In this document: in pieces, positions 27,407 through 37,153 of the stretch
How positions within the stretch are numbered: the first letter of the stretch is position 1
How the letters are laid out: every line of letters begins with the position of its first letter
Notes under the pieces: generated by a model
Database searches by the model: none
The model's input: the letters and a program-made list of their open reading frames with translations, nothing else
What the model was told of the DNA's origin: nothing
Position numbers and translations under genes: made by a program
Origin: an uncultured Gemmatimonadaceae bacterium
GTDB lineage: Bacteria; Gemmatimonadota; Gemmatimonadetes; Gemmatimonadales; Gemmatimonadaceae
Assembly (NCBI GenBank): GCA_963740355.1
Contig: CAVUDW010000003.1
Span: 2,304,001 to 2,368,000 of the forward strand
DNA: 64,000 nt
Direction: 5' to 3'

Positions 27407-28180
27407 TTAGTACAGTCCGGCGAAGGTGTGACCCACCCAAGCGAGGCCGCGGGCGAGCGACTGACCAACGCCAGACGAGGCGCCTAGCCATGCGCTGACC
27501 TCGACAACGAGGCAGATCGCCAACGCCAGCCAGTACGCCCGGTGGACTCGCCGCTCGCGAAAAGCATCGTACCCGATGCCGCCGAGGATGAACATGTTGG
27601 TCGCCAGAATGCCTGCGGGCGTCGCCCAATCCACGGGACCGAACATCGTCATCACGATGCGAAACCCGGCAGCCCCCAGCCCGGCCGCGCCTGCCACCAG
27701 CATCAGCCGCTTGTGGATCGCGCGGTTCCTGCGCAGGACGATCGCTACGGTGTAGAAGCCGATGAAGAGCACGAGCGTCGCAAAGATCATCAGGCCGAAC
27801 GACGACCAGAAGGACGGCTCTGGCGACGCTACCGCCGCTGCCATCTGCACACCGAGAACTAGCGTGCCGGTAGCCGTCATGACCGCCGCGAGCCCGATGC
27901 TGCTCCAGCCCAGCGTGCGATGCGTGCGCACCCGCCGCGCGTGGATCAGTCCGGCCTGGAGCGGCAGGAGGAGATACCACGCGAAGAAACTCCAGCCATG
28001 GAGATGCACGGCGGGCGCGGCCGCCGGATAGGTGCCTCGGATGTTTGGGCCGAAGTACGTGAACCAGAAGCCAAGGTACGCGGTGGCACTCAAGGCCAGC
28101 GCGGTCAGCAGATAGTGCGCCTCCCGCTGCCGGGAGGGAGCGCCCACGACCACGGGCACGGCATCAGTCATGAGCGCCAT
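27407..28180 (-). CDS. Cassette: multi-pass membrane protein
   Basis: VHLHG, HRTLGW, HKRLML and VHRAYW His motifs; about 7 TM. Confidence 0.8.
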   Translation of the reverse strand: MALMTDAVPVVVGAPSRQREAHYLLTALALSATAYLGFWFTYFGPNIRGTYPAAAPAVHLHGWSFFAWYLLLPLQAGLIHARRVRTHRTLGWSSIGLAAVMTATGTLVLGVQMAAAVASPEPSFWSSFGLMIFATLVLFIGFYTVAIVLRRNRAIHKRLMLVAGAAGLGAAGFRIVMTMFGPVDWATPAGILATNMFILGGIGYDAFRERRVHRAYWLALAICLVVEVSAWLGASSGVGQSLARGLAWVGHTFAGLY

Positions 28181-28268
28181 ACGTCACGCAGGCGTGGGGG
28201 GGACGACACATCGGAACATCATCACGAGTGACCTGCGTGGCAAACACGAGACGTCGAGGTGAAGTAGC

Positions 28269-28412
28269 GCCAAACGAAACTGGGTTTTGCTGCACGGAGT
28301 CCTCCACGCGCGTTCCTGTTCACGTCAGGCGTCGTCGCCTCGACGGGTGAATGTCTGCGGCGACTGGACACCGTCCATACGCCCAGTCATCGGTCACCAA
28401 CCGTCGTTAGGG
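28269..28412 (-). repeat. attC (long, divergent, 144 bp)
   Basis: gccaaacgaaactgggttttgctgc...ccaaccgtcgttaggg; overlaps the stop codon of the upstream cassette gene. Confidence 0.7.
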
Positions 28413-28904
28413 GGAGCCCAGAACCGGGAGCGACGGATAGAACCACGCATGTCGGATCAGTCGGTCGCGGACCTCGTAGACGACGAGGCTGGTCTGTCCA
28501 CCGACGCCGGATGACGACGCATCCCATCGTGTTCGTTCGTGCGTCGTCACCCATGGCCCCGTCGCGTCGATCGTGCGCAGCTCCGAGCGCGCTGACGGCA
28601 CGGCACGAAAGTATCCCGAGATCATCCGCCGAAACGCGTCGATGCCGCGTCCTACATCGCTCAGTGAGTCGCCAGCCACGCTCATCCACACCACGTCGCT
28701 CGCGACCACCCTCATCATGGCGTCCAGATCCTTGGCATTGAACGCCGCCACGTACGCACGGACCACCGAGATCGGCGTGGTGTCGCGCGCGCTGTTCACC
28801 GCACGCTGCGCGCCTGCGGCAGCGGTGTGGCCGAGAAGCAGGATGACAAGCAGCATGAGGCGGCCTCGCTCGAGACCATCCAAGAGACAACGTACGTGGC
28901 TCAT
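28407..28904 (-). CDS. Cassette: exported SnoaL-like/NTF2 protein
   Basis: VVRAYVAAFNAKDLDAM and VYEVRDRLIRHAWFY; TAA stop lies in the attC R'' box. Confidence 0.8.
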   Translation of the reverse strand: MSHVRCLLDGLERGRLMLLVILLLGHTAAAGAQRAVNSARDTTPISVVRAYVAAFNAKDLDAMMRVVASDVVWMSVAGDSLSDVGRGIDAFRRMISGYFRAVPSARSELRTIDATGPWVTTHERTRWDASSSGVGGQTSLVVYEVRDRLIRHAWFYPSLPVLGSP

Positions 28905-28910
28905 CGCTCC

Positions 28911-29007
28911 ACCTAACGAGACAGGGTTCTGCTGCACGGCGACCGCACCTTCCTTATTCCGGGACACCAGCCGCCGGTCGCCGTGGCTGCAACAATCAGG
29001 GTTAGGC
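28911..29007 (-). repeat. attC
   Basis: acctaacgagacagggttctgctgc...cagggttaggc. Confidence 0.9.
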
Positions 29008-29032
29008 CGCCCGCAACACGTCCCCGACTGCG

Positions 29033-29233
29033 CTACCGCTCGCGTCGGGCGAGCGCTTGGAAGAAGCTGGGGCTCTGTACCGCGTCAGTGAAGTCGATGC
29101 CAACGATCTCCCACCCATCGGCGCCGAGCTCGTTCAAGTACGCCTCCAGTGCATCTCGTTCCTTGATGCCAAAGAAACCACCGCCCTGCACGTCGTTGGT
29201 GCTGATCAACTTGTACTCCCATCGGCGCGACAT
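29033..29233 (-). CDS. Cassette: DUF4177-like small protein
   Basis: WEYKLI...YLNELGADGWEIV; AGGAG RBS. Confidence 0.8.
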   Translation of the reverse strand: MSRRWEYKLISTNDVQGGGFFGIKERDALEAYLNELGADGWEIVGIDFTDAVQSPSFFQALARRER

Positions 29234-29239
29234 CGAGTT

Positions 29240-29450
29240 CTCCTGTGTTGTTCAACTTTGCGCGGGCGAGCCACCCCGATGCGGCGATGTCCGCACCGTG
29301 AAGATCCGGTATCTACGGTAGAGCGTCCGCGCTGGAGATGCTTGCCGCGGGCAGATCCAGCACTTCGCTGACCCGGATGGGCAGGTCGCGGACGCAAATT
29401 TGCCCACCACACTGGTCGGGGTTCACGGTAATGGGGTCCTTGAGTTCAAC
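29240..29450 (-). pseudogene. DUF433 antitoxin-like pseudogene
   Basis: ITVNPDQCGGQICVRDLPIRVSEVLDL...ALP*IPDLHGADIAA; in-frame TAG at 29313-29315 and no clear start codon. Confidence 0.65.
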
Positions 29451-29535
29451 GGTCTGCCGCGTGCGCCTCGCCCTGGTTGGGAAGGCTGGAAACCTGTCGT
29501 CGAACAAGAGTGCGCAACACCACAGGTGGCTGGCG

Positions 29536-29631
29536 TTCTAACGAGACAGGGTTCTGCTGCAATGCGGCTTCTTGATCCTACGCCTCCTCAACGATGGTCG
29601 GCCGCATTGTCAGCAGCAACCCGGGCTAGGT
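29536..29631 (-). repeat. attC (R'' mutated to ACCTAGC)
   Basis: ttctaacgagacagggttctgctgc...gcagcaacccgggctaggt. Confidence 0.9.
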
Positions 29632-30220
29632 GGCTGGCGGGCTGCAGCGAGATCCGAAACCGTTTGCCGGGCGTGCCACCATGACTCTCGGGTTTGGAAA
29701 AATTTTCGACGAAAATCCCACCATTTGATTCGATCACTCGCTGGGATGCTACGTTCGCGGCATCCGTTGTGAGCTCGACGAACGGGAGGTCAAGCGACAC
29801 GAGTTCGGGCAGCAACAGCGCGAGCGCGCGCGTCGCATAGCCGCGACGCCGTTTCCATGGTACGACCGAATAGCCGATGTGTCCGAGACACGTCGGAGGG
29901 AGCGCCGTCGTTCCTGGCTGCCACCGCACATTGATGGCGCCTGAGAATTCACCGTCCCAGAGCCAGCGCGTGAAGCCAGGAAGCCGAGGCACCGACGAAC
30001 CATCCGGAAGCACAATCGCCGGTCCGCGCGCGGCGCGGTCGACTTGCGCCTCGACGAATTGCGCCGGATCCTGCGCGATGCGCGCCAACTCGTCGTGCGC
30101 GGCGTCCGCCCGTTGCGTATCCGGCGACCAACCTTGGCGGAGTGCCGCGGCGTAGCTCGGTAGAAACTCCGCGGCGGGCCAGACGAGTTCCACGGTGAAC
30201 ACGCGCAGTGGTGAAGCCAC
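29588..30220 (-). CDS. Cassette: GNAT family acetyltransferase
   Basis: GHIGYSVVPWKRRRGYA and NVASQRVIESNGG; GTG start overlaps R' and the 3' end runs into the attC. Confidence 0.9.
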   Translation of the reverse strand: MASPLRVFTVELVWPAAEFLPSYAAALRQGWSPDTQRADAAHDELARIAQDPAQFVEAQVDRAARGPAIVLPDGSSVPRLPGFTRWLWDGEFSGAINVRWQPGTTALPPTCLGHIGYSVVPWKRRRGYATRALALLLPELVSLDLPFVELTTDAANVASQRVIESNGGIFVENFSKPESHGGTPGKRFRISLQPASHLARVAADNAADHR

Positions 30221-30314
30221 CTAACGAGACGGGGTCCTGTTGCAATGCGACCGCACGATCGTTCTCCTGCGCACGATACCTCGGTCGCATTGTCAGCAGC
30301 AACCAGGGTTAGAC
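30219..30314 (-). repeat. attC
   Basis: acctaacgagacggggtcctgttgc...gcagcaaccagggttagac. Confidence 0.9.
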
Positions 30315-30459
30315 CTCAGGCGCACGAATGCCCTCGCTCTCGACGGCGAAGTGAGCATGTGGCGATCAGCCGTACCCACACGTTGCCACAACCTTCCGCC
30401 GCCCAGCTATTGCCGCTGAACTAGTGAGCGGCGCCTTGACCGCGATCCGTTGCCAGCGG

Positions 30460-30807
30460 CTAGAGGTCCCACCCGAGGAAATGACGGACGTCATCTATGG
30501 CGTCGTAGGCGTGCCCAGAGACGTAGGTGTCCGGATCCAGGAGGGCCGAACGGAGGAATGGTTCCACACGCGCCCGGTCCAACTGCCCGAAACGCCGCGC
30601 AAGATGCCCAAAGCCCAGGATGGCGTTCCCCCGCACGTTGAAGTGGGAGTGCGCAGCCAGCCGGAGACAGACTCCCTGAGTCCACTCCAGATTGTCCGAG
30701 TACAGCGATGCGGCAACCGGCACGTAGAGCAACTCTGCCGGGTCATCCCGCAGGATCGCCGCTTCTGCGGCTGCTTCACCGAGAAAATCGAGTGACTCGT
30801 ACTGCAT
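30460..30807 (-). CDS. Cassette: small helical (HEAT-like) hypothetical protein
   Basis: HSHFNVRGNAILGFGHLAR...ALLDPDTYVSG; bounded by attC sites. Confidence 0.75.
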   Translation of the reverse strand: MQYESLDFLGEAAAEAAILRDDPAELLYVPVAASLYSDNLEWTQGVCLRLAAHSHFNVRGNAILGFGHLARRFGQLDRARVEPFLRSALLDPDTYVSGHAYDAIDDVRHFLGWDL

Positions 30808-30829
30808 GGAAGCAATGAGCTTTGCTGAG

Positions 30830-30925
30830 GTCTAACGAGACAGGGTTCTGCTGCAATGCGACCGCACGTTCCTTCTCCTGCTCACGGCACCCCGGTCGCA
30901 TTGTCAGCAGCCACCCGGGTTTGGC
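30830..30925 (-). repeat. attC
   Basis: gtctaacgagacagggttctgctgc...gcagccacccgggtttggc. Confidence 0.9.
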
Positions 30926-30950
30926 GGCCGCGCAAACGCTCGCGGCTTGA

Positions 30951-31493
30951 TCAATCGCAGTCGCTATACCCGGTGTGGCGGCCGCAGTGCAAACAGCGAA
31001 AGATATAGGCCACGGGACTACCCGATGCGTCCATCTCCGCGAACCACGATTCCCAGTCGCTGCCCGACATCTCTGACTCGCGTCGAAGGTCCGGAATCGC
31101 GTCCGGGAAGCGCGTGACGATCTCCTCTTGCCCGGCTGTGCCGAGGTATGCAGCGGCGTCGCCGCAGCAGACGGCCCAACGCTCCTGCTGCCATCCACTG
31201 AACCCGGGCGTTCGAAATGCGACCTCAGCGATCACGTCCGCGGAAGCTACCGGCCAAATGCCGCCGCCAATGCCGTCTGAGTCGGTGCACTCCGCATCAA
31301 ACATCTCGTGTACGGAGCCATCGGCGATACACCACGGACATACCGTGCCATGCAGTTCGTCCACGGCGTAGACCGGGCCGACGTACATAAACCCGCGCAC
31401 CCGATGGCAGCACCGACATGTGTCGCGAGATTGGACAATGCTTCCGGTCGCAATCGGATCCGGATGATGACGGAACGTAGGCAATGCTTCCAC
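30951..31493 (-). CDS. Cassette: CbrC (UPF0167) family protein
   Basis: LPTFRHHPDP, CPWCIADG, RTPGFSGWQQERW and YIFRCLHCG. Confidence 0.9.
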   Translation of the reverse strand: MEALPTFRHHPDPIATGSIVQSRDTCRCCHRVRGFMYVGPVYAVDELHGTVCPWCIADGSVHEMFDAECTDSDGIGGGIWPVASADVIAEVAFRTPGFSGWQQERWAVCCGDAAAYLGTAGQEEIVTRFPDAIPDLRRESEMSGSDWESWFAEMDASGSPVAYIFRCLHCGRHTGYSDCD

Positions 31494-31520
31494 GGGTGCG
31501 CTGCTCAATGATGACTGACC

Positions 31521-31616
31521 GCCTAACGAAACTGGGTTCGGCTGCAATGCGACCGCGCGATCCTTCTCCTGCTCACGATAGCCCGGTCGCATTGTCAGCA
31601 GCAACCCGGGTTAGGG
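31521..31616 (-). repeat. attC
   Basis: gcctaacgaaactgggttcggctgc...gcagcaacccgggttaggg. Confidence 0.9.
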
Positions 31617-31688
31617 CGCACGCTCACGTCCTGCCACACGATCCGCCCCCCCGGCGCCTGCCGCGTAATCGCCCGCCAGCGTCGAGGC

Positions 31689-32087
31689 TCACTGCAGTCG
31701 CCTCTGCAGATCAATGACGGATGCACGCCACGCATCGCCTTCGTCCGACTCAGCCCACAACTCCGCCAGCTCCGAACTTTCGAGCACCAGCGCCACTGCG
31801 CGGCGCGTGTTTTCCACGAGCTCGTCGCCAAGGTCAAACCCGGCCAGTTTTCGCACGTACGCGGCAACATCCGGAGGCAGGTCCAAGGAAGGTCGGCCAC
31901 GGATACCGGCGATGATCTCCGCGGCAGCCAACCCTTCCTCGCATACGGGGGCTTCGAGATAATCGGGCGCGAGATCCAAGATCGCTTGAACCGCGACTCC
32001 CGCCACGATCAGACTTTCGGCCTCAAGACCTGCGAACCAGTCCATGGCGCCGTCGTTCGCGAATGCATCGATGCCCCAAGTACCCAT
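31689..32087 (-). CDS. Cassette: DUF4259-like protein
   Basis: MGTWGIDAFANDGAMDW and SELAELWAES...DLQRRL. Confidence 0.85.
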   Translation of the reverse strand: MGTWGIDAFANDGAMDWFAGLEAESLIVAGVAVQAILDLAPDYLEAPVCEEGLAAAEIIAGIRGRPSLDLPPDVAAYVRKLAGFDLGDELVENTRRAVALVLESSELAELWAESDEGDAWRASVIDLQRRLQ

Positions 32088-32110
32088 AACACTCCGGAAG
32101 GTTGATTGCG

Positions 32111-32206
32111 CCCTAACGAAACTGGGTTCTGCTGCAAAGTGGCCATTAGAACCTTATCCTGCCCACAGGCCTTCGGCCACTTTGGCAGCAGCAACCGGCG
32201 ATAGAC
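32111..32206 (-). repeat. attC (R'' mutated to GTCTATC)
   Basis: ccctaacgaaactgggttctgctgc...gcagcaaccggcgatagac. Confidence 0.85.
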
Positions 32207-32216
32207 CACAGCCGCA

Positions 32217-32672
32217 CTATGAGGCCCAATCCGGCAACGGCGTGTCAGCGAGCACTGGCTGCAACTCCCGAAACGCATTGGATACTTCCGTGTCCCACGG
32301 CCAAAGACCGTCGCGGTTCGGATAGATGAGCTGCAGGGCGCGGAACGCCCGCTCCCCATAGTACCGAAGGGCTGTGCCAAGATACGCGGCGTGCTGGTAC
32401 TCCGGGACGCTGCGAAAGGTGACCGAGTAGCCCTTGAGAATCTCTGAGTAGGCCTCAGCCGCGCCATACGTTGCTCCGCCACGAATGTTGGCGACGACGT
32501 TGTTGAGCACGACCTGCGCCGTCTCCATGCGTAGGCCGACGAGAATCACTTCCGGATGGGCGAACGAGTCTTCGAGTCCGATCGTGTAGGCGAACCCTGG
32601 ACCTTGGTCGTCTGCGTCGATGCGCATCACGATCCATCCATGTGCCGCAATCGTCGCGCGAATATCGTCCAT
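32217..32672 (-). CDS. Cassette: DUF4262-like protein
   Basis: HGW, FAYTIGL...HPEVILVGL and LQLIYPNRDGLWPWD. Confidence 0.85.
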   Translation of the reverse strand: MDDIRATIAAHGWIVMRIDADDQGPGFAYTIGLEDSFAHPEVILVGLRMETAQVVLNNVVANIRGGATYGAAEAYSEILKGYSVTFRSVPEYQHAAYLGTALRYYGERAFRALQLIYPNRDGLWPWDTEVSNAFRELQPVLADTPLPDWAS

Positions 32673-32697
32673 CGGTGATCCAGAGGTTTGTGCTGTG

Positions 32698-32792
32698 GTC
32701 TAACGAGACGGGTTCTGCTGCGCGGCGACCGCACAAAAGGCCTCACGAGCACCGTAGCCCGGTCGCCGCGTCAGTAGCAACCCGGGTTCGCC
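32698..32792 (-). repeat. attC
   Basis: gtctaacgagacgggttctgctgc...gtagcaacccgggttcgcc. Confidence 0.9.
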
Positions 32793-32811
32793 GGCAACCC
32801 GCCCTCGCACG

Positions 32812-34026
32812 TCAGTGTCGACACCGCGGAATTTCGGCGGCGGTGCGCTGCAGCAGCCAGCGTCCGATCTGCTCTGTCGCGATCCCCGCCATGTCACCGC
32901 CGAGATTCTGCAACACGATCACACCGATCTTCTCCTCAGGCCGCAGAAACACGGCGGACGCGTGACCGTCCACGTTGCCGTAGTGCCAGAGCAGCGGCGT
33001 CGCCACCCGCGAATCGAGGGCCACCTCTCGAAACCAGCCGAGGGCCATATCGACGCGATGGGTGCGGTTTGTGGAATCCAGCTGCACTTGCGGTTCGGTC
33101 ATGCGGCGCGCGACCGCCGGGGCGACCACTGCGCGCCCCGCCGCAGTCGTGCCGAGGTGTGCGATCAGAAATGGCGCAAGATCGCGGACTGTGGACGTTA
33201 GGCCGATGAAGCCCGCGACGGCACCATAGCGTGCATGCACTGCTTGCTCGACCCGCGCGTCATCCTGATCCCAGTAGAAGGCCGCTAGCCTCGACGACTG
33301 CGCGGCGGTGAGCGTGATGCCGGAGGCCGTCATGCCAAGAGGCGCGAGCAGTCGGGCACGCACGAGCGGCTCATAGGGCACGCCGGCCACGCGTTCGACG
33401 ACGTGCCCGAGGAGCGCATAGCCATAGTTGGAGTAGTCCATCACGCTGCCCGGACGCGCGCGCAGCGGTGTGGTCGCGAGCGCCTGGTAGAGATCCGCCA
33501 CCTCGTACGCGTCCCAGACGCCCGGATCGATCGTCCCGGTGACGCTTTGATTGCGGCGATTCGGAGGCTGCTTCGGCAGGCCGGCGGTGTGCGTGAGCAA
33601 GTGGCGCGCGGTGATCGCCGTCCCCGACGCGTCGGTGGGGACGTGCACCGTGTCGGGCAGATACCGCGCCACCGGGGCATCCAACTCGAGCCGTCCGTCG
33701 GCGGCCAGTTGCAGTGCAAGCGTCGCGGTGAAGAGCTTGGTCACCGACGCGACGTTGTACGGCGTGTCAGCGGTCGCCAACGTGCGGAGCCGCTTATTGG
33801 CGAACCCGACGCCGTCCGCGAACACAAGCGCGTCGTGTACGACCACGCCGACACTGACACCAGGAATCCCAGCGATCGTCGCATACCCGGCAATTGCAGC
33901 ACGAACGTCCGCCTGAAATTCGCGCGCGAAGCAGCGCGCCGTGGCGGGCGGCGGCACGACTTGACTGAACGCGGGCGTCGCGCACATCGCCGCGACGAGC
34001 AGCCCTCGTCTGACGCGTGGCCACAT
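32812..34026 (-). CDS. Cassette: serine hydrolase (beta-lactamase-like family)
   Basis: SVTK (SxxK), YSN and HYG motifs; LLTHTAGL; signal peptide. Confidence 0.9.
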   Translation of the reverse strand: MWPRVRRGLLVAAMCATPAFSQVVPPPATARCFAREFQADVRAAIAGYATIAGIPGVSVGVVVHDALVFADGVGFANKRLRTLATADTPYNVASVTKLFTATLALQLAADGRLELDAPVARYLPDTVHVPTDASGTAITARHLLTHTAGLPKQPPNRRNQSVTGTIDPGVWDAYEVADLYQALATTPLRARPGSVMDYSNYGYALLGHVVERVAGVPYEPLVRARLLAPLGMTASGITLTAAQSSRLAAFYWDQDDARVEQAVHARYGAVAGFIGLTSTVRDLAPFLIAHLGTTAAGRAVVAPAVARRMTEPQVQLDSTNRTHRVDMALGWFREVALDSRVATPLLWHYGNVDGHASAVFLRPEEKIGVIVLQNLGGDMAGIATEQIGRWLLQRTAAEIPRCRH

Positions 34027-34107
34027 GGGTCGGTGCTCCGTTGCGCGGGAAGGGGAGAGGCGGCGCGGCGCGTGGCGAGAACTCCCAAACACACTTGATG
34101 CTTTGCT

Positions 34108-34204
34108 GGCTAACGGAACGGGGCTCTGCTGCGCGGCGACCGCACAAAAGGTCCGCCTGATCACAATATTCCGATCGCCGTGTCAGCAGCAACCCGGGTT
34201 AGCC
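34108..34204 (-). repeat. attC
   Basis: ggctaacggaacggggctctgctgc...gcagcaacccgggttagcc. Confidence 0.9.
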
Positions 34205-34390
34205 CGCCGCCTCCGTCGGGGCACGACGGAAGAGCCACCACGACCACGCCGTCATCAGCAGCGCCGCGACGGTGGTAATCGCGAACATCGGACTGCGGGC
34301 GACCGACGTCCCTTCTTCTACGACTCGCGCCACGTGAGCGAGCACCAGCAGGAAGTACAACACACCGGATAGCACAAGATACGAGCGCAT
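34199..34390 (-). CDS. Cassette: small 2-TM membrane protein
   Basis: MRSYLVLSGVLYFLLVLAHVAR; GAGG RBS; TAA stop in the attC R'' box. Confidence 0.7.
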   Translation of the reverse strand: MRSYLVLSGVLYFLLVLAHVARVVEEGTSVARSPMFAITTVAALLMTAWSWWLFRRAPTEAAG

Positions 34391-34397
34391 GCTCACC

Positions 34398-34826
34398 TCA
34401 GGCGATGTGATCGAGTGGCCGGCCAATCTCCCAGTGATGGCCGAATGGATCGACGATTCGCCCCAGCAACCAGCCGTTGCGCTCGTCCACGCTGAAGACG
34501 CTCTCCGCGCCAGCCTGCAGCGCACGTGCGACGACATCGTGCGGAGCTGACACAACAAGAACCAGGCGGACCGTGGAGCCCCGCAGCGTTTCGGGACTGA
34601 AATTCTGGTGCTGCGGTGATTCATCCGTCACCCAGAACTCGGCCCCGTGCGCGGAGAGATGGGCCACTACGGCGCCATCGTCCGCGTCGATGCGAAAGAG
34701 CGTCTCCGCACCGAAGGCCTGCGTATAGTATTCGACGGCGGCGGCACCGCGACGCACCGAGAGCATCGGAGCCAGCTGCATGCGATCTACCACGGACGCC
34801 TCCGGTGATTGAAAACTTGCGCGCAC
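34398..34826 (-). CDS. Cassette: VOC (PhnB-like) protein
   Basis: AVEYYTQAFGA and GWLLGRIVDPFGHHWEIGRP; start may be the ATG at 34781. Confidence 0.85.
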   Translation of the reverse strand: MRASFQSPEASVVDRMQLAPMLSVRRGAAAVEYYTQAFGAETLFRIDADDGAVVAHLSAHGAEFWVTDESPQHQNFSPETLRGSTVRLVLVVSAPHDVVARALQAGAESVFSVDERNGWLLGRIVDPFGHHWEIGRPLDHIA

Positions 34827-34843
34827 CCTGGCCGAGCGAGGCG

Positions 34844-34935
34844 GGCTAACGAAAATGGGTTCTGCTGCGTAGCGACCGCACGATACCCACTCCTGCTCAC
34901 CGACCGCCGGTCACAATGTCAGCAGCAGGTTAGGC
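34844..34935 (-). repeat. attC (5-bp deletion next to R'')
   Basis: Ends gcagcaggttaggc instead of gcagcaacccgggttaggc. Confidence 0.85.
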
Positions 34936-35431
34936 GGCGTCGCGCGCGCTCGCAGCATCGAGCAGCTTCGCGAAGATTACCTTCCCGTCACCAACCGCGT
35001 AGAAGTCCGGAATCTGGCCGCACTCGTGGTACCCACGTTGCCGGTAAAAATGACGCGCTCGATCGAGCGGCGGCAGGGCACTCGTTTCGATAATGAGTAG
35101 CCGGCCACCATTTGATGTGACCTGTGCCTCAACGTAGTCGAGTAGCGCGCGCCCGACGCCTTGTCCATGCGATGCCGGGATGACACCGATCCACCACAAG
35201 TTCCACACCTGTTCCGCGTACGCGTCTGGCGCGAAGTACACCCAGCCTTCTGGTGTGCGATCCGCGCCAGCCGCCCAGACAACCACCGCATGACTGGCGC
35301 AAGTGTCCAGCATGGAGATCGGTGAGCACGGTCCCGAGCAGCGCCGCAGCGCTCATAGGCTCAAACAGGCCGGTCGCGACCGCGACGTCGAGTAGCGCAT
35401 CGGTGTCGGATGGAACAGCGCAGCGGAGCAT
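34930..35431 (-). pseudogene. Cassette: GNAT acetyltransferase, frameshifted at about 35300
   Basis: N-terminus (MLRCAVPSD...ATGLFEP) and C-terminus (WNLWWIGV...GQGVGRAL...IETS) lie in different frames. Confidence 0.8.
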
Positions 35432-35573
35432 TTGGTGTGTTGGGCTGAACATGAAATGAGCGACACGACGCTCGCCGTGTACACGCGCATATCCGCACAC
35501 AGCGCTGCCGGTTCCCGTTCCTTGCACGACCACCGCATATGCGCGGCAAGACTACGACCAGCACCCCCAAGCC

Positions 35574-35650
35574 GCCTAACGAGACAGGGTTCTGCTGCAC
35601 GGCGACCACACCCACCCCCCTCCTGCTCACTGACCGCCGGTCGCCGTGAC
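35574..35650 (-). repeat. attC (truncated; L'' and R'' lost)
   Basis: Family match stops after ggtcgccgtg and joins an ORF-like fragment. Confidence 0.8.
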
Positions 35651-35773
35651 AACCGCACTGACGATGGAGACGGCGAGGCAGAAGACCCCGACGAGAATTC
35701 CCGACGCGAGTGACGTGACTGCCACATGGAATTGCGACGAGCGTGGAGGCATTGGACGAATGTCCGGTAAGCC

Positions 35774-35867
35774 TGCTAACGAGCAGGGTTCTCTGCGGTG
35801 CGGCCGACGAATGGTCCGCCTACTCACAATACCCCGGCCGCAGCGTCAGCAGCAACCCGTGTTAGCC
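35774..35867 (-). repeat. attC
   Basis: tgctaacgagcagggttctctgc...gcagcaacccgtgttagcc. Confidence 0.85.
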
Positions 35868-36381
35868 AGCTGCCCACTTCGCGCGCAGACGTTCGGTGGT
35901 AGCGGTGAGCGGGAAGAGTGTTTCACGGGACGAGACCGATGTAAAAAAGCGGCGTCTCAGCGAGATGGTCCTCGAGACCGCGTAACTCCATGTCGTCCCA
36001 ATCCCGATCTGGGCGAAGAAAGCCCACAGTCGCGGCGAAGTCCCGAATAACACCGAGGATCGAGCGGCTCGCAGTCTTGGCGACGACCACCGTGGACATC
36101 GACGCGACTTCTGCGTTGATCCAAGCGTACTCCATGCGAAGCCGCTGCAACCGGAGCCGCACCAACTGCGGCAAGCGCTCTGGCAAGCGGCGCACGTCCC
36201 TGGCGGGCATCACAATTGGCAGGAGGGTCACAGAGCTCACGAGTAGCAGCAGCGGCTGGCGCTGCACGACGATTCGATTCACATACCAATCGCCGAGCGC
36301 CGTGTCGGACGAATCCGGCGCATGCTCGCTAAGCGGCAGGGCTATTGCAAGCTTCTCGGTACGCCGTAGCACAACACTCAC
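35862..36381 (-). CDS. Cassette: DUF6933-like protein, probably frameshifted in the A6 run at 35943-35948
   Basis: LGDWYVN, LLLVSSVTLLPIV and SRSILG; removing one base extends the ORF from the stop at 35923 to the TAA in the attC R'' box. Confidence 0.7.
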
Positions 36382-36394
36382 ATCGTCACTGGCT

Positions 36395-36491
36395 GGCTAA
36401 CGAGACAGGGTTCTGCTGCACGGCGACCGCACAAAATGATCTCCTGCTCACAATAGCTTTGTCGCCGTGGCTGCAGCAACCCGTGTTAGAC
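36395..36491 (-). repeat. attC
   Basis: ggctaacgagacagggttctgctgc...gcagcaacccgtgttagac. Confidence 0.9.
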
Positions 36492-36558
36492 GCCCGCGCG
36501 CCGACCGTCGGATGCACGCGGCCTGCACCTCGACAGAAGTCCCCCCTTTATCCCCGCC

Positions 36559-36957
36559 TCATCGTGATTCGGCGCCGGTCACCGTCATGCGAGCTGACCT
36601 GCGCCAAGACTCTACTGCCACCACAAGCGTGACGACACTGACCGCGCCGACGACCACCGCGAGCGTGTTTCTCGTGTGGCCGCAATCACCGCTAGTCGAG
36701 AACCACCACGCCGGGTGCAGCGATACCGCGCCAATGAGCAGGCGCGAGACGCGCGTGGACCGCGCTTGACGCTTGGGCAATAGATGCCAGACGAGTGCGC
36801 ACAACGCCGACAGCGCCCACGACAAATGTGCGGGGCGATTCATATCCGCAACGAACTGCTGAACGTCGACGCCCTTCGCGAGCGTGCAAGCCGCGGCGAC
36901 ATCAGGCACGGCGACAAGTAGTGCCACGCCGCTCGCTATGATATCGCGTGCGCGCAC
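36559..36957 (-). CDS. Cassette: membrane hypothetical protein
   Basis: GGAGGAG RBS then GTG; signal-like N-terminus, 3 TM, LHPAWW...GDCG. Confidence 0.7.
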   Translation of the reverse strand: MRARDIIASGVALLVAVPDVAAACTLAKGVDVQQFVADMNRPAHLSWALSALCALVWHLLPKRQARSTRVSRLLIGAVSLHPAWWFSTSGDCGHTRNTLAVVVGAVSVVTLVVAVESWRRSARMTVTGAESR

Positions 36958-36969
36958 AACTCCTCCGGC

Positions 36970-37066
36970 GCCTAACGAGACAGGGTTCTGCTGCAAAGCG
37001 ACCGCACAAAAGATCGTCCTGATCACAATACCCCGGTCGCCGCGTCAGCAGCAACCCGGGTTAGGC
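36970..37066 (-). repeat. attC
   Basis: gcctaacgagacagggttctgctgc...gcagcaacccgggttaggc. Confidence 0.92.
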
Positions 37067-37153
37067 CGCTGCGAAATCACAATGCTGACCGCGTCACCGA
37101 GTTCAAGCGCTGTTCTGCTCAGCATCGGACGCGACCTGTCACACGGGGTCCGT

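Noticed and set aside
27305..27412. Possible extra attC at the stop of the membrane gene (TACTAAC)
   Set aside because: No matching L/R' arm or family stem is present, and the cassette start at 28275 pairs with the R'' at 27299 instead.
32812..34026. Serine hydrolase cassette as a beta-lactam resistance gene
   Set aside because: SxxK and YxN motifs are shared by many esterases and peptidases; the third motif is HYG rather than KTG, so resistance is unsupported.
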